From NCBI GenBank assembly GCA_976551045.1, contig CDPCPM010000050.1:10354001-10418000 (forward strand): a stretch of DNA of 64,000 nt. The letters run 5' to 3'. The notes below the pieces were generated by a model. It was given only the letters and a program-made list of their open reading frames with translations, was not told where the DNA came from and searched no databases. A program made the translations under genes and the position numbers. Positions 50,616 through 62,374 of this stretch are shown piece by piece (the stretch's first letter is position 1; every line of letters begins with the position of its first letter). This DNA comes from Glaucostegus cemiculus. Lineage: Eukaryota.

Positions 50616-51541
50616 AAGTTTAGAAAAGTTGAGGTAAGGATCATCTGTATAAGCACTTCAAAGACACATAGAAGAGTGATCTCCATCAACAGCAAGGAGC
50701 TTGTGCTAATGACTCAGAACAGGACTCACTGACAGTCTCTGGTAGAATCAACAGGCAACAGTTTTGAGTGGGATTGATAAAACTGTCCCAGAACCTACAC
50801 CATAAAGATAATGACTGCAGACCTCCTGTGCCTACAGTGCGGCCTATTTTCCGCAGCAGCACTTGGACCTCAATGTACAGCCAGGCATGAGATCTGTGAC
50901 TTAATCATCATCATCATCATGAAAGATGAACAATATACTGAGATGCTCTCAACTGTTTGTAAATCAAATGGTAGCTCCAAAGATAAACAAATTGTAAATT
51001 GTGATTGCATTTTTCATAAGCCAATTTGACATGAAATTTGAAAGGCCCGAATTATGTTTAATTAATCCAAGAAAATGGTAATTTCATTCTGGAGAAGTCA
51101 AAACCCAAAACTTATTAGTTTATTAGCCAACAATTTTAGATTTTGCTATAAAAATGCTGTCTCCAAATAGAACTTTATGGCAAAACAAAAGCAGTGAATA
51201 TTGATCAAGTAACCTCTAGTTAAACAGAGGTCAAGATTATTTAGAGGCCCTCTTGTCAGGTATAACAGCTTTCAAGCTAAAAAGACTTTTAAATGCTGAC
51301 GTACTCGAATCCCAATATCATCACTTCAAAATTTTCAGAAAGCAAACGATTAACAGTGATGACAAGTTGTATTTACATATCACCTTAAGTGTTAAATAAT
51401 TTCCTAGAAATTGGATTGGATCCACCTATATATCCTAAAACATTGTTATGTGCAAGGTTAGCACCACTTCAAGTTTCTCTCCACCACCCTTAAAATAAAT
51501 AATTAATTTGAATTAGAATTTCCTTGAAAGGATGCTATTAA

Positions 51542-51912
51542 TCATAGAGTCATAGAGAGATACAGCATAGAAACAGGCCCTTTGGTCCCCCTAGCCTGTG
51601 CTGACAATCAATCATTCATTTACATGAACCCTACGTGAATCTTATTTTAAATTCTCCCCACATTCTCGTCAACCTCCTTACCCCCCCCAACCCACCCCAC
51701 CCCCAGAGTCTACCATTCCCTTCAACACTCTCAGCACAATTTACAGCAGTCAATTAACCTACCATCCCAAAGGTCTTTGGGATGTGGGAGGAAACTGGAG
51801 CACCTGGAGGAAACCCAGACAGTCACAGGGAGAACGTGCAAACTCCACACAGATAGCACCTTGTCAGGATTGAATTTGGGTCTCTGGCGTTGATACGCAA
51901 CTGTGCCATACT
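51542..51912 (-). mobile_element. HE1-like V-SINE with CR1-type tail
   Basis: Tail tcatagagtcatagagagatacagcatagaaacaggccc and V-domain gggatgtgggaggaaactggagcacc. Confidence 0.85.
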
Positions 51913-52074
51913 GTGAAATTCCCCATCTCAAAGGAAGCCGTAAGTCTCCAGCTGCATATTTCCAAGTGGGCACTACAGGTAGGACTCACAGCTCTCAGGC
52001 TTTTTCCATGCTGAGCACAGGAAAGGTGGTCAGGCCTTGAAGGACTTCTCCCCATGGCAGTCATAGACAGTGTG

Positions 52075-52500
52075 CTCTGGTGAGGGAAAACACACAGGAG
52101 GGGGATCCATACCCCCACTCATCCGAGACATTCTCTCTTCTCTCCTCTTCCATTGGGTAGAAGATACATGTGCCTGAGGGCATGTACCACCAGACTTAAG
52201 GACAGCTTCTTCCCTACTGTGATAAGACTATTGAACTGTTCCCTTATACAATGAGATGGTCTATGACATCACGATCTACCTTGTGTGACCTTGCACCTTA
52301 TTGCACTGCACTTTCTCTGTAGCTGTGACACTTTACTCTGTACTGTACTGTTTTTACTGTACTACACTGTACTAATTGCACTTTGTATTAACTATGTAAC
52401 TGCACTGTGTAATGAATTGACCTGTTCGATTGGTTTGTAAGACAAGTTTTTCACTGTACCTCGATACAAGTGACAATAATAAACCAATACCAATACCAAT
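52075..52500 (+). mobile_element. Rex1/Babar-type LINE 3' end
   Basis: Reads HSLFSPLPLGRRYMCLRACTTRLKDSFFPTVIRLLN, with tail cactgtacctcgatacaagtgacaataataaa(CCAATA)n. Confidence 0.88.
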
Positions 52501-53314
52501 CTTCTGTGTGCATGATCACCTCTAACACAATTCTCTGCCCTGGTGGAGTCATGTGCCATGAATGTTCCCCTGCCACTGTGAGCTGCAGGGCCATAAGTGA
52601 GGCAGTTCATTGCACTGAGGGGAAGAAAATAAAATGGTCATAATTATCATTGGACCAAATAATAGTGAGTTCACAAATATCGTGAACATTGCAAAACGAG
52701 GCTGGCACATGTTGTGTGCAACACATCAGTATCAGATTGGGAAGCTTTTAATTCCTAACCATGGGGGATTTCAGCGGCTTGTGCTCCTCTCATATGGGAG
52801 TCATTCTTTCGATATGGGAGGTCCAATTTTGGTTAATAGTGGGTGAAAGATGTGGTGCCAAACTTTTTACATGATTGCATGCATTTTGATACTGTGTAAA
52901 GATCAGACGAGTTGTGTAGAACCCAACCAGATGTGCCCCATCCAATTTTGAAAAGGTTGTGATCTCACTCAGAGATGATTGCTATACAGTTCGCTCTCTG
53001 TAAAATTGACTTTGTATCACACATTGCTGAAAAATCAGATGGGTGCTAACCAGTTTCTGGGCAAATGTCTAAAGGCACTTCACAAGGTGCAGTCAAAAAT
53101 GGCCACCAAGCAGACAAGGGGATTGCAGGGGAGGCGTCGAAACATTTTGTCCTTGTGTTGTCAGCAGTAGAAAACAATTCACATAAAGCTTCAAAGTAGA
53201 AATTATTTGTATCAATTTGACTCAAAAACCTTTTCAAATGATTTCACAGGGAGTGAAAAAATTTACATTATTTTAAGACTGACTGAGTTATTTAAAATAA
53301 CTTGCACCTAAAGT

Positions 53315-53612
53315 GCATGGTAGTGTAGCGGTTAGCGTAATGCTATTACAGTGCCAGCAATCCAGGTTCAATTCCAGCCACTGTCTGTAAGGAGTTTGTA
53401 CGTTCTCCCCGTGTTTTGCATGGGTTTCCTCCGGGTGCTCCGGTTTCCTCCCACATTCCAAAGACGTACAGGTTAGGAAGTTGTGGGCATGCTATGTTGG
53501 CGCCGGAAGTGCGGTGACACTTGTGGGCTGCCCTCAGAACACTCTATACAAAAGATGTATTTCACTGTGTGTTTCAATGTACATGTGACTAATAAAGATA
53601 TCTTATCTATCT
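53315..53612 (+). mobile_element. V-SINE, stem-loop/(ATCTT)-tail family, full length
   Basis: A-box tagtgtagcgg, B-box ggttcaattcc, V-domain and tail all present. Confidence 0.93.
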
Positions 53613-54632
53613 AAGCAACTCAGTATTCAGATCTATACTGTACTGAGCACATTTCAGTAGCAACAGGATTACCAAGTCTATTTTTGGTGAAAATTTTATT
53701 CTCTCTAGCCAATTCAATTAAGCATGCCTTTTTGAAGTAACGCTTGCTGGGAATAATAATGTTTATTTAATTTGGAATGGTTTGAATAGATGTCAGTATA
53801 CAGTACATAGCACATACGAAATGGAGAGATTGAGCTTAGTTCAACAGGAGGCAAGTGAAACTAATCACTTAAGCCTTGATTTTCTTTTGGATTTGGAGAT
53901 TTGCCCGAGACATTTTCAGAGGCATAGCTCTGTCATAAGCGCGTAAACAAAAAGAGGGGTTTTACTAAGCAAGGTGTGATTTGATATTTACAGAAATCAC
54001 TTTTCATATAGTCCTGATTTTTCTGGGTTTCAGCCACTACATTTTTGTTTTTGTTGATCAGTTTATCTATTTCCTCTCAGTGTTCTTGCATTTCTGAGTC
54101 TTGGATGTATTGAGTCTTAAGGAACAATTTCTGGTCAGTCATCCTTTGGGACAGTTAAGAGTGGATCAGTATAACTATTTCTGCACAGTTTACCACATAT
54201 TGGAGGAAAATTGGACCTCATCATGCCTGTTCATTTGGACAACAAAAAGGTTGGAAGCTAATTTCAGGGTCCGATTTCTTACTTCTAATATTGCCTGATT
54301 CCAAATTTCAAACCAGCAACTTCCAAGATTATAGAATATCTACTGGATACTTTCAACACCAAGAAGGTATCTTGAATATGCAGATCAGGTCTGAAGACCT
54401 GTGTTCGGATTATGGATTCATCACCAACAGGAAATCCACCTGTCAGGTATACTTTACTCATCCTTTTACATTCAACAGCGGCCTAATCTAAAGGGGACCA
54501 CTGGGGGTAACACACAAAAAGGTAAACAACTTTTATCCTTTTGTTTCTGTTGAGCCAGGAAGAGCAGGTTAGTCTTGTATCCTGTTTACGAACATATATT
54601 GTCTTCATTTCAGCTAAAGAGTATGCAATTTA

Positions 54633-55323
54633 AGCGAACCCCCATCCCTCCGTCATGAAATCCTTCTATAGAGGGACCATTGAGAGCATCCTAACCCAAT
54701 GTATCACTGTTTGGTTTGGAAGCTGCTCAGCTGCTGGGCGGAAGTCCCTCCAGAGGATAGTTAGGGCTGCGGAGAGGATCATAGGTGTCTCGCTTCCATC
54801 CCTCACAGACATATACAAAGACCGTTGTGTGAGGAAGACTAAAAGCATAATGGCCGACCCTTCTCACCCCTTCCATCACCTCTTTACAATTTTGCCATCA
54901 GGGAGGAGGCTTAAATGTATCAGGGCAAGAACGACCAGGCTGAACAATAGCTTCTTTCCACAAGCCATCAAAACTGCAAACTCTCTCATCCCTCCATCTT
55001 CCTTGTTAACACTAAGAGATGCTAGGTGCACAGAAATGCACCAGCACTTTAAATGCCTGCCACCAGCCCGTTCACTTTAATAACTATTTATTTATTTACC
55101 GGCCATTTTTAATTTAATCTGCGTATTAATTTAATTTTAACTTCCGTAGTTTTTAATGTTTAATGTTTTTTAATGTTTATTCTGCTAAGTGTGTCTGTGT
55201 GTCTCTGTTGGTTGTTATTTAATGGGACGAGCACCTGAGGAGGACGGTATCCCGCTCCTATGCATACTATGTATGTATATGGTTGTGACAATAAAACTGA
55301 TTCTGATTCTGATTCTGATTCTG
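54633..55323 (+). mobile_element. Young 5'-truncated Rex1/Babar LINE with an uninterrupted C-terminal ORF and a (CTGATT)n tail
   Basis: ORF 54655-55080 reads FYRGTIESILTQCITVWFGSC...LPSGRRLKCIRARTTRLNNSFFPQAI (DUF1891-like). aataaa is followed by four ctgatt units. Confidence 0.92.
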
Positions 55324-55875
55324 CTGTTGTGTCAAGGTGAAAATTATGTAACACAATTTGATCACATTCTCTTGGGGTTCTTGTGGGTTAATTGGATGCA
55401 AGAGATCTTGTTTTCTTGGAGTGCTGCACATCAGGAATTGCATTTCAATTAGCAGGTTTATTTACATAGTTGCTTCATTTGTGGTCTAACAAGGTTGGAT
55501 TAGAGATTTAAACCTCTTTCATAGTGTTTCAGTTGCTGCATTACGTAATTTGATCATGATCTGCCAGAACAAAGCTTTATTCCGGTTTGTTAAAGAAAAG
55601 CATTTATTTAGTAGAAACAAAAGTAAAATGGTGCCAATGCAGGCAAACAGAAAAGAAAATGTAATATGTTGGAAATTGGGCCAGGCAGCTTCCATGGCGA
55701 GGAAAGCAAAATTAGTGTTGTATGTCAATGAGCTTTTAGTAGAGTTGGGAATAACAAGTTTTAAGATGCAGTGAAGAGGAAATACATTAAAAATTGGGAG
55801 AAATTCAAAGATAAAAGATGAAAATGCAACATCATAAATCTTCAAGGCTCTGTTACTAGGTTTTAATTAAATTAG

Positions 55876-57000
55876 TAAATTGGTTTATTATTGTCTCTGT
55901 ACCGAGGTACAGTGAAAAACTTATTTGCATTCCATCCATATGGATTAATTCATTACAACAGTGCATTTAGATAGTACAAGGTAAAACAATAGTAGATTGC
56001 AGATTAAAGTGTTGCAGCTACAGAGAAAGTGCAGTGCAGGTAGACAATAAGGTGCAAGGTCATAACGAAGTAGATTGTGTGGGCAAGAGTCCACCTTATT
56101 GTACAATAGTCTTATAAAAGCAGGATAGAAGCTGTCCTTGAGCCTGGTGGTAGGTGCTTTCAGGCTTTTGAATCTTCTACCTGATGAGAGGGGGGAGAAG
56201 AGAGAATGTCTGGGGTGGGTGGGGTCATTGATTATGCTGGCTGCTTTACTGAGGCTGTGGGAAGTATTGACAGAGTCCATAGAGGGGAGGCCGGTTTCTG
56301 TGATGTGCTGATCTGTGTCCGCAACTCTTTGCAATTTCTTCTGGTCACATACCAAGCTGTGATGCATCTGGATAAGATGCTTTCTATGGTGCATCAATAA
56401 AAATTGGTGTGGGTCAAAAGGGACATGCCAAACTTCTTTTGTCTTCTGAGGAAGTAGAAGTGCCGGTGAACTTTCTTGGTTGTGGTGTCTATGTGGTTGG
56501 ACCAGGACAGGTTATTGGTGATGTTCACTAGGAACTTGAAGCTCTCAACCCTCTCGACCTGTGTTGATATAAACAGGAGCATGTACACCATCCCCTTCCT
56601 GGTTAATGACCAATTCTTTTGTTTTGCTGACATTAAGGGAAAGGTTGTTGTCATGACACCATGTCATTGAGTTCTCTACCTCCTTCCTGTACTCTGACTC
56701 ATTGTTAGTTGAGACACAATCCGCTACAGTGGTATCGTCTGCAAACTTGGAGATGGAGTTAGAGCAGAATCTGGCGACACAGTCGTGAGTGTATAGGAAG
56801 TAGAGTATGGGGCTGAGGATGCAGCCTTGTGGGGCACTGGTGTTGAGAATAATTGTGGCAGAGGTGTTGTTGCCTATCCTTACTGATTGTGGTCTGTTGG
56901 TCAGGAAGTCAAGGATCCAGTTGCAAAGGGAGGTGTTGAGTCCCAGGTCTCAGAGTTCAGTGATGAGTTTGCTTTGATTTATAGTATTGAAGGCAGAACT
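55876..57000 (-). mobile_element. Rex1/Babar LINE RT fragment
   Basis: The minus strand reads [37 protein letters not shown]...[10 protein letters not shown] and SGRRFKSLKAPTTRLKDSFYP. Confidence 0.92.
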
Positions 57001-57009
57001 GAAGGTGGA

Positions 57010-57265
57010 TTACCTTGCATTATCACACTTCCTGTCATTAAATTTCTCCTGCCTTCCACCTTCCCATCAACATTCCCTTTCATTCTCTCCTCACCAGCAC
57101 TAACTTCCCCATTCCCTATCCCCACCTTTGTCTGAATATAACATTATTCCCAGTTCTGATGTAAGGTCACCAACATGAAACTCTTCCTTCCCTCTCCACA
57201 GGTACTGCATGACTTGCTGAGTATTTCCAGTATTTTCTGTTTTTAGTTTCAGAATTCCAGCATCC
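57010..57265 (+). mobile_element. Penelope 3' UTR plus pLTR
   Basis: cccagttctgatgtaaggtcacc..tgaaac...gacttgctgagtatttccagtattttctgtttt. Confidence 0.65.
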
Positions 57266-57559
57266 CCAATATATTTCTCTTTTATTTTTGTTAACTCTCA
57301 TTTGTTTGCTGCCATTTGTGACCTGAGAATTGTCTGGAGACGTTTCACTGTGTTTAAAGCCCTTTGTAAATGTTGGCTGTGTCATGATGTGCAGGGAAGT
57401 TTCAACTTGACAACCAACACTGTGTGGGTCCCAAACTCAGTGAGTTGAATAACATAACCTGTGTTACTGCTGTATATCCTGTTCTGTTATCTCCTGGTAT
57501 TTCTGTTGATGCCTTCTTGTTTCTTTTTACTTTTCTGTGGCCTACTGTAATTGATTAAT

Positions 57560-58425
57560 CTCCTTTTTATCTTTTATTCTTTCTTATACATGAATTTACA
57601 GTGAATAATTACCACACTAAACTTCTTTTTATCTATAGAGAAAGGAAGAAACAGTGCAAAACCTTTACATTCATGATCATTACATAGTATTAACTTTGTA
57701 GAAATAAAAAAAATTCATAGCACTAATGTGGCCCCAGGGGTGATACACCATTTCAATGTTCAAGAGGTTTCTCCACCTGACTCTGCCCCTCCATGTGTGG
57801 TAATGGAAGGCGCCCAGACTGTGGTCCTTCCCCACAGAACCTTAGCATTGGCTGCACCGAGCTTCAGTGTGTCCCTCAGCATGTACTCCTGCACCCTGGA
57901 CTGTGCCGGTCTGCAGCATTCCTTTGCGGACATCCCACTGGCTGGAAGACCAACAAATTACTGGTAGACCAAAGGGCGTCTTTCACCGAGTTGATGACCT
58001 TCCAGCAGCACTTGATGTCTGTCTCAGTGTGTGACCCTGGTAACAGCCCATAGATCGGAGTCCTCTGTTACACAGCTGCTTGGGATGAACCAAGACACGG
58101 ACGTTTGCCTCCTTCTCCACACACTCTTAGCAAATTTACCATCTGCAGAGAGGTGGGTGACCGTCTCTTCGCCACCACAGCCATCCCAAGGGCAGCGTGC
58201 ATTGGGGATGATATGGCGTCTGTACAGGAACAATCTGACTGTGAGGGCCCCTCTCACTGCTAACCAAGTGAGGTCATGGTGCTTGTTAGTGAGATTTAGA
58301 GATGAGGAATTCTGCCAGATGGTTTGGATGGTTTGCTCAGGGAACCACTCCACAGTATCAATAGACTCCCTGTCCCACAGTGTCTGCAAGATGTTCCATG
58401 CTGACCCCTGCCTGATGCACTTGTG
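57560..58425 (-). mobile_element. Tx1/L1-clade LINE 3' segment (ORF2 C-terminal zinc knuckle and 3' UTR)
   Basis: Reads HKCIRQGSAWNILQTL...IWQNSSSLNLTNKHHDLTWLAVRGALTVR...ARCPWDGCGGEETVTHL (CCHC region). Confidence 0.88.
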
Positions 58426-59172
58426 TTCTATGCTGGTCTGTCTGACAAAAAAGACAACAGACAGCACAGCCTCCCAGAACCTCCTGTCCTCTATCACAGA
58501 GGTGCTAGATGATAGCAAGTGGGAGAGTCTGGATCAGCCTCTCACCCTGGAGGAGCTGACTGGCTCCATCCGTTCATTTGGCATGAATAAAACTCCCAAA
58601 AGCAATGGCTTACCGGCAAAGTTGTACTTCGCTCTGTGGGACCTGCTGGAAGTGTATAACGCTATGCTTCTGGCTGGCAGCAGGTCAGCCTCCATGAGGA
58701 AGGGCATCATTACCCTCATCAACAAGCAGAAGGGAGAAATGGAGTTCAGGAATTGGAGACCCATTTCACTGTTGAATGTGGATTATAAGATCCTATCCAA
58801 GATCATTGCCAACCAGGTCAACTCTGGGACAGGTGGTCCACCCAGACCAAACCTGTGCAGTACCAGGCAGGAAAGACTCTGACAGCCTTGCTATGTGCAG
58901 TACAGACATCTCCTACGTACAGGACAGAGAGGTAGCTGCCTGCCTGGTCAGCTTGGACCAGGAGAAGGCCTTAAACAGGACATGATGGATACGCTCTCCA
59001 AAATGGGTTTTGGAGAGGGAATCAGAAATTGGATCCAATTGCTCAACACAGATATCAATAGTGTGGTCAAAATCAATGGATGGGAGACAGATAGCTTCCC
59101 CATCAAGTCTGGAGTCAGGCAGGGTTGTCCATTCTCAGCTGTCTTTGTGTGCTGCACTGAACCCTTTGCCGA
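58426..59172 (+). mobile_element. Tx1/L1-clade LINE RT segment, inverted relative to its 3' part
   Basis: Reads FYAGL...LDQPLTLEEL...KTPKSNGLP...NWRPISLLNVDYKILSK...DQTCAVPGR...SLDQEKA...SGVRQGCP...EPFA. Confidence 0.92.
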
Positions 59173-59639
59173 TCTACTAATCTTCCGATCACTGCACCAA
59201 ACCATTTGATAACCTGGCAGCTTAATGAGATTAACATTACAAATCAAATTCCCATTTGGCAGATATCCGGTATACTTCTAAAACACATTCTGGTGATACC
59301 ATGCAGATGTCAAATCAACATGTAAATAGAAAATGTGTAATAGGCATATAATTGATAAGCTGGAAGAATACTTAAAAGCTCTTATTTATCATTGGATTAT
59401 TTGTTTCAGATGGAAAATGAATCCAAAGAAATTGAACACACTAAACTCTGAAAGGGGATTGCAATGCATAATCTACCCAAGCCTGTTCAATGGAATGCAA
59501 GCACACACCAACATGATACTGCCTGCTCATTTGCATCATTGCTCTGGCCACCCAGCACTAACCAGGCTGATAATTGGCTAAACAAATAAGCAGTGAGCCA
59601 ATAGTGTGAGTAGCCAACTCCAATGAAAGTTAGTCTGTA

Positions 59640-59775
59640 CAGATTGCTGATGCTGGAATCTGAAGCAAGCAACAAACAGCTGGAGGAACATAATGGGTCA
59701 GGCAGCATCTGTGGGGGGAGGAGGAAATGTCCATGTTTTGGGCTGAGACCCTGCATCAGGACTGAGAGTAGAGAT
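59640..59775 (-). mobile_element. Penelope pseudo-LTR, solo
   Basis: gatgctggaatctgaagcaa...ggcagcatctgtgg...gagaccctgcatcaggactg. Confidence 0.8.
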
Positions 59776-59894
59776 GGAAGCTAGCTTGTAAACTTAAAGC
59801 TGGCCTTCACCTCTTAATGGGGAGGTGCCCTGTGGCTGCAGCAGGTGCTGGCGGTTGTTCTACAAGTGAAGCTGACTTGAGGAAATGGTGAAAA

Positions 59895-60450
59895 TGGGCT
59901 CCTAGGCTTTCAGTGGTTGCATCAGAAGCCTTGGTCACTGTAGTGTAAAAGGTCATGGCTGTAACAACACTGACCCCTCTGGCTGGGATGCCAGATATCT
60001 ATCTCTCTATCTCTCTATCCCCCCCCCTCTCTCCCCCTCTCTCTCTCCCTTCCCCCTTCCCCCTCCCCCCCCCCCCCCCACCACCTCAGGGCAGTTAGTT
60101 AAGGACTCCCGAGACCAAAGAGCCAATGTTTGTCCAGAATCAGGGTGTTCAAACATGCTATTGTTTATTCCTTCATCATTTGTAAGTAGTTCATTGTATG
60201 TGTGAGCGTGTGTGCACTTCACCCCTTTTGCGACTCCCCCCACATTTCACGATCACCTGACTGTGAGTGTGCGTTTGTTCCTTCTCATTCTGTTCCTGTG
60301 TCTGTCTTTGTAAATAAATTCTCCTTTTTGAAGTACAAAGACTATGTGTCCAGATACCTCTATCTTTAAGATACAAAAGAATCTTTCTCGTAACAGTCAC
60401 AAGTAGGAGAGATGTTCTGGATCCACAAGTGGCCTACAAGACCCTTCAGT
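59895..60450 (+). mobile_element. Possible PIF/Harbinger Myb/SANT-protein relic interrupted by the solo LTR
   Basis: Removing the LTR and one TSD gives WAPRLSVVASEALVTSRRDVLDPQ, which resembles RAPRFSxxxLEALV...RRDVL. Confidence 0.4.
59939..60395 (+). mobile_element. Solo LTR (457 bp) with 5-bp TSD
   Basis: TG...CA termini (tgtagtg / cgtaaca) flanked by gtcac at 59934-59938 and 60396-60400. AATAAA at 60313. Confidence 0.8.
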
Positions 60451-61529
60451 GTAAGGACTGACCACCTCAAGAACTTTAATAAATCCATAGTCATGGTGAA
60501 TGAACATGACTTCATTGAACACATTCCACCACTTCTACCAGCAGCCTTGGACGCTGTTCAGTTCTCCACATCCCACCACTCAACTGCTGGCAATCCCTAT
60601 TAATTAGGGCTCATAACTACAGATCATTCGCTCCCCTTCATGCTCCCACATTTAACATTACTACAATCTTCAAACTCTTGTATCACAGCTCTACCACCAA
60701 CTATTCATTTACAACCACCGTATTCCATAACACTTGCAGAAAAACCTTCCTTCCCTTTTGCAAGGCAAAATGTCTCCAAGTTAGTGGTGCAAGGAGATGC
60801 ATGCTTCTGCATGACTCATTCTGCCAATGGAGAAAATGGCACTGGTGTGTCCTGGGATTCGCAGTCCTGTGGGATAGCTGGGAGTGGGGCTGATAACAGC
60901 AAATACAATGAGACTTTCACAGTCGATCTTCCCACACTCTGCATCCGTAAGTTTTTCTCATTTGCAAACTGCAGATGTTATGACCACATTCCTCTAACTT
61001 TCAACCCTTCCTTCCCAACACCCAGGACCATAATTTTATCCTTGTCCTTTTTTGACTTGAGATAACCAGGAACCCGGCAATGCAAGAACAACAACAGGAG
61101 AATAATGTGGAATTCCCACCACTGCTGGAACACTGGACATATGATGACTAATTTTTAGAATCCCTGGAAATCCATGCTATTTTTCAAATGATATCAGCCC
61201 AATGTGGTTCTGTGTGTGTTTGTTGCATACACGTGCCCATTCTGCGGTGTGGAAGATTCATCTGAAACTGCCTCATGGGAACATATTTGCCTTCCTGTAG
61301 TGAAATCATTTCAATCAAGGAATATTGTAGGTTTCTCACTTCCCTCTTGTGTAGTACACGAGCTTCTAATTGTATTGACACTTCCATTTAAATCAGTTGC
61401 AGTGAATATTTGTCCAGTTTGAAGTTATGAGTCAGCTACAAGCCACTGCGCTGAGTGGCAAATTGGAAAGAAATACATGATGTGTGACTCATAAATGTTT
61501 CCTATTACTTCCAGGGTACAGTGCCACAA

Positions 61530-61832
61530 TGGTTGTTATTGGGCAAGCAACCAGAGTTTTGGAACACTGATCCAGAAGAATGGATCTGACTGAGACAGCG
61601 GGGGAACTTAAATTCAAGTAAATCAATAAATCTGGAATGTGGGGGGGAAAGCAGTAACTATGAAACCATTGGATTGTTATAAAAACCCCATCTGGTTGAC
61701 TCATGTCTGCCTTCAGGGAAAGAAATCTGCCATCCTTACCTGGTCTGGCCTATATGTGAACCAAGACCCACCAATGTGGTTGATTCTTAATTGCCTCCAC
61801 AGTTCAATCAATTAGGGATGGACAATAAAATG
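61530..61832 (+). mobile_element. tRNA-type SINE with a tail from the older CR1 family
   Basis: aataaatctggaat...gaaatctgccatccttacctggtctggcctatatgtga...caattagggatggacaataaa. The tail resembles the 3' end at 50555-50580. Confidence 0.65.
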
Positions 61833-62374
61833 AATCGACATAACGCAAACTTTGAGAAAAGAAGGACTATTGTTCTTACTGCATGGAGAGTATGGCTTTC
61901 ATTTTACATTTGCAGTCAAGAAATGTGATTTTGTTTCAAATAACATACTAATTCCTTTCCCTTCTGCATTTTGTGAAATGTATTTAAATATCCCTCCTGG
62001 GTCACATCATTCAATGCCTTTATAAGGTAAAGTATGGTTACTTCCACACATTCCGCACATTTGAGCTCCTGATCTTAGTTAGTGAGTCAGGAAGCAGCAA
62101 TAAATCCATTCTCAGTGCTTTTCAGCAGATACTGAGGCAAATCAGAGCACAGGTCAGCTTTAACTCAGTCAGTAGCATGTTTGCCTCTTAGTTGGAAGGC
62201 TGTGGGTTCAGGTCCCACACCAGACACAGGAACAAGAACCCTAGGCTGACAGCCTGTGTGGTACTGAGGGTTGCTCCATCCTGCTAGGTGGCATCCTTCA
62301 TTAAGATGTAAAACCCAGGCCCTGTCCACCATCTTAGATGAACAACAATATCTTCTTCTGCACTGCCATCAGAT

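Noticed and set aside
58031-58882. Longest ORF (283 aa) as a real gene
   Set aside because: Its first half is the antisense of the Tx1 C-terminus and its second half is Tx1 RT. It is an artefact of the inversion junction.
60765-60946. Possible exon within the 141-aa ORF 60640-61065, or a retroviral env fragment
   Set aside because: The AAG acceptor and TCC|gt donor are weak and the peptide is unrecognisable. It lies outside the TSD-bounded solo LTR, so it is not proviral internal sequence.
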